Below, piece after piece: positions 62,956 to 64,000 of a stretch of DNA of 64,000 nt. The stretch's first letter is position 1; each line of letters begins with the position of its first letter. The DNA is taken from the NCBI GenBank assembly GCA_964016885.1, contig OZ024740.1, forward strand, positions 308,698,001-308,762,000, in the 5' to 3' direction. Under the pieces are notes generated by a model. That model ran no database searches. It was not told the origin of the DNA and worked only from the letters and a program-made list of their open reading frames with translations. Origin of the DNA: Eledone cirrhosa. Taxonomy: Eukaryota. The position numbers were made by a program, and so were the translations under genes.

Positions 62956-63500
62956 CATCATCATTGTTTAGCATCTATTTTTCCATGCTTGCATTGGTTA
63001 GACAGGTTGTCATATTATGAGACAACTCAAGTCCAGAGACCACGTCTTGTTCATATGGATCTGTATTTTGGTTTCTAGGCTGGATGCCCTTCCTAACACC
63101 AACCATATTATAATGTTGACTGGATGCAGTGTACTGCAACATTGAAACGACCACCTCACAGGATGAAGTGGATGCTTTTTGTCATATCACTAACACGACC
63201 AACTTACAGGTTGGACTGAGGGGTTTTTGTCATGTCACCAGAACAACCACCTTACAGTGTGGACTGGGTGCTTTTTGTCATGTCACCAGCATGACCACCT
63301 TACAGGATGGACTGGGTGCTTTTGTTATTGTCACACCAGATAAGCATACCAGATAGACATTATGATTTTTGTAATGGCAACAGCATTGTGGGAGATGTTG
63401 AATATGTCCAGCTTTCATGGGATGGGCAGGTGAATTGTATCAGGGTGGGTGATAGGCCAGGTAAGCAAGTTCAACATCGATTAGGTGCATGGGATATTTA
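62956..63500 (-). mobile_element. RTE-like LINE 3' UTR with expanded internal ~48-bp subrepeat
   Basis: gctggatgcccttcctaacaccaacc, then about 5 copies of acgaccaccttacag..ggactgggtgctttttgtcatgtcacc. Confidence 0.75.
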
Positions 63501-63708
63501 ACAGGGGAGAGCGGGTTTTAACGCAGTGGAGAGAGGATTGCTGCAGGCTAGTGTGTCCTCTACATGGTTGTTTATTTCATTTTGTGTACATGAGAGGGTG
63601 GGTGTATATATATGTGTGTGTGTATGTGCGTGAATGTGTGTGTGTGTATGTGCATGTATATATGTGTGTGTGTGTATATTTATATATATATATGTATGTG
63701 TATATATA

Positions 63709-63742
<34 letters not shown>

Positions 63743-64000
63743 CACAAAATATAAAACAATCAAATTTTTGCTTAATGCATTTAAAGCAATTAAATGCATT
63801 AAGCAAAAATTTGATTGTTTTATATTTTGTATTTCTGCTCTGTAATACATCTGATAATTTACATTGAGCTATTTTTCTTACTGGTAATTGGGTAGTACAA
63901 CATACTACCCTTTCGTATTTATAATTGTATATAGTTTATATAAATACTATTATTATCATATATATATATGTGGATTGGCAGTATCAGTGGAGGGTCGGAC

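Noticed and set aside
55609-64000. ASAP SH3-domain exons
   Set aside because: No ALYD- or WW/GxFP-type SH3 motifs with splice sites were seen; they are presumed to lie beyond the window.

Overview
AT-rich, intron- and repeat-dense animal genomic DNA. The SINE/LINE repertoire and microsatellite load suggest an octopod cephalopod, which is an inference. The window lies inside one + strand gene, an ASAP-family Arf-GAP (BAR-PH-ArfGAP-ankyrin-Pro-rich). I traced 19 GT-AG exons from 5137 to 54467 (2031 nt, 677 codons, all splice phases consistent). The N-terminal exons and the SH3 exons lie outside the window. Three extra candidate alternative exons are at 1808-1895, 17948-17983 and 55564-55608. 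Introns hold tRNA-derived SINEs, decayed RTE, CR1, L1/Tx1, R4 and CRE LINEs, Penelope-like fragments (one with a degenerate hammerhead ribozyme, one forming a perfect 71-bp palindrome in (TA)n), piggyBac-, mariner- and Mutator-type MITEs, and several minisatellites. The most unusual structure is a nested Helitron complex at 30809-36465. An internally deleted Rep/helicase Helitron encloses two inverted relatives joined head-to-tail (CTAG|TC). One of these appears to carry a CpG-rich 27-bp array of about 26 units built on the NRF1/Ewg-type palindrome TGCGCATGCGC. All family assignments come from recognising motifs by eye; no database searches were run.
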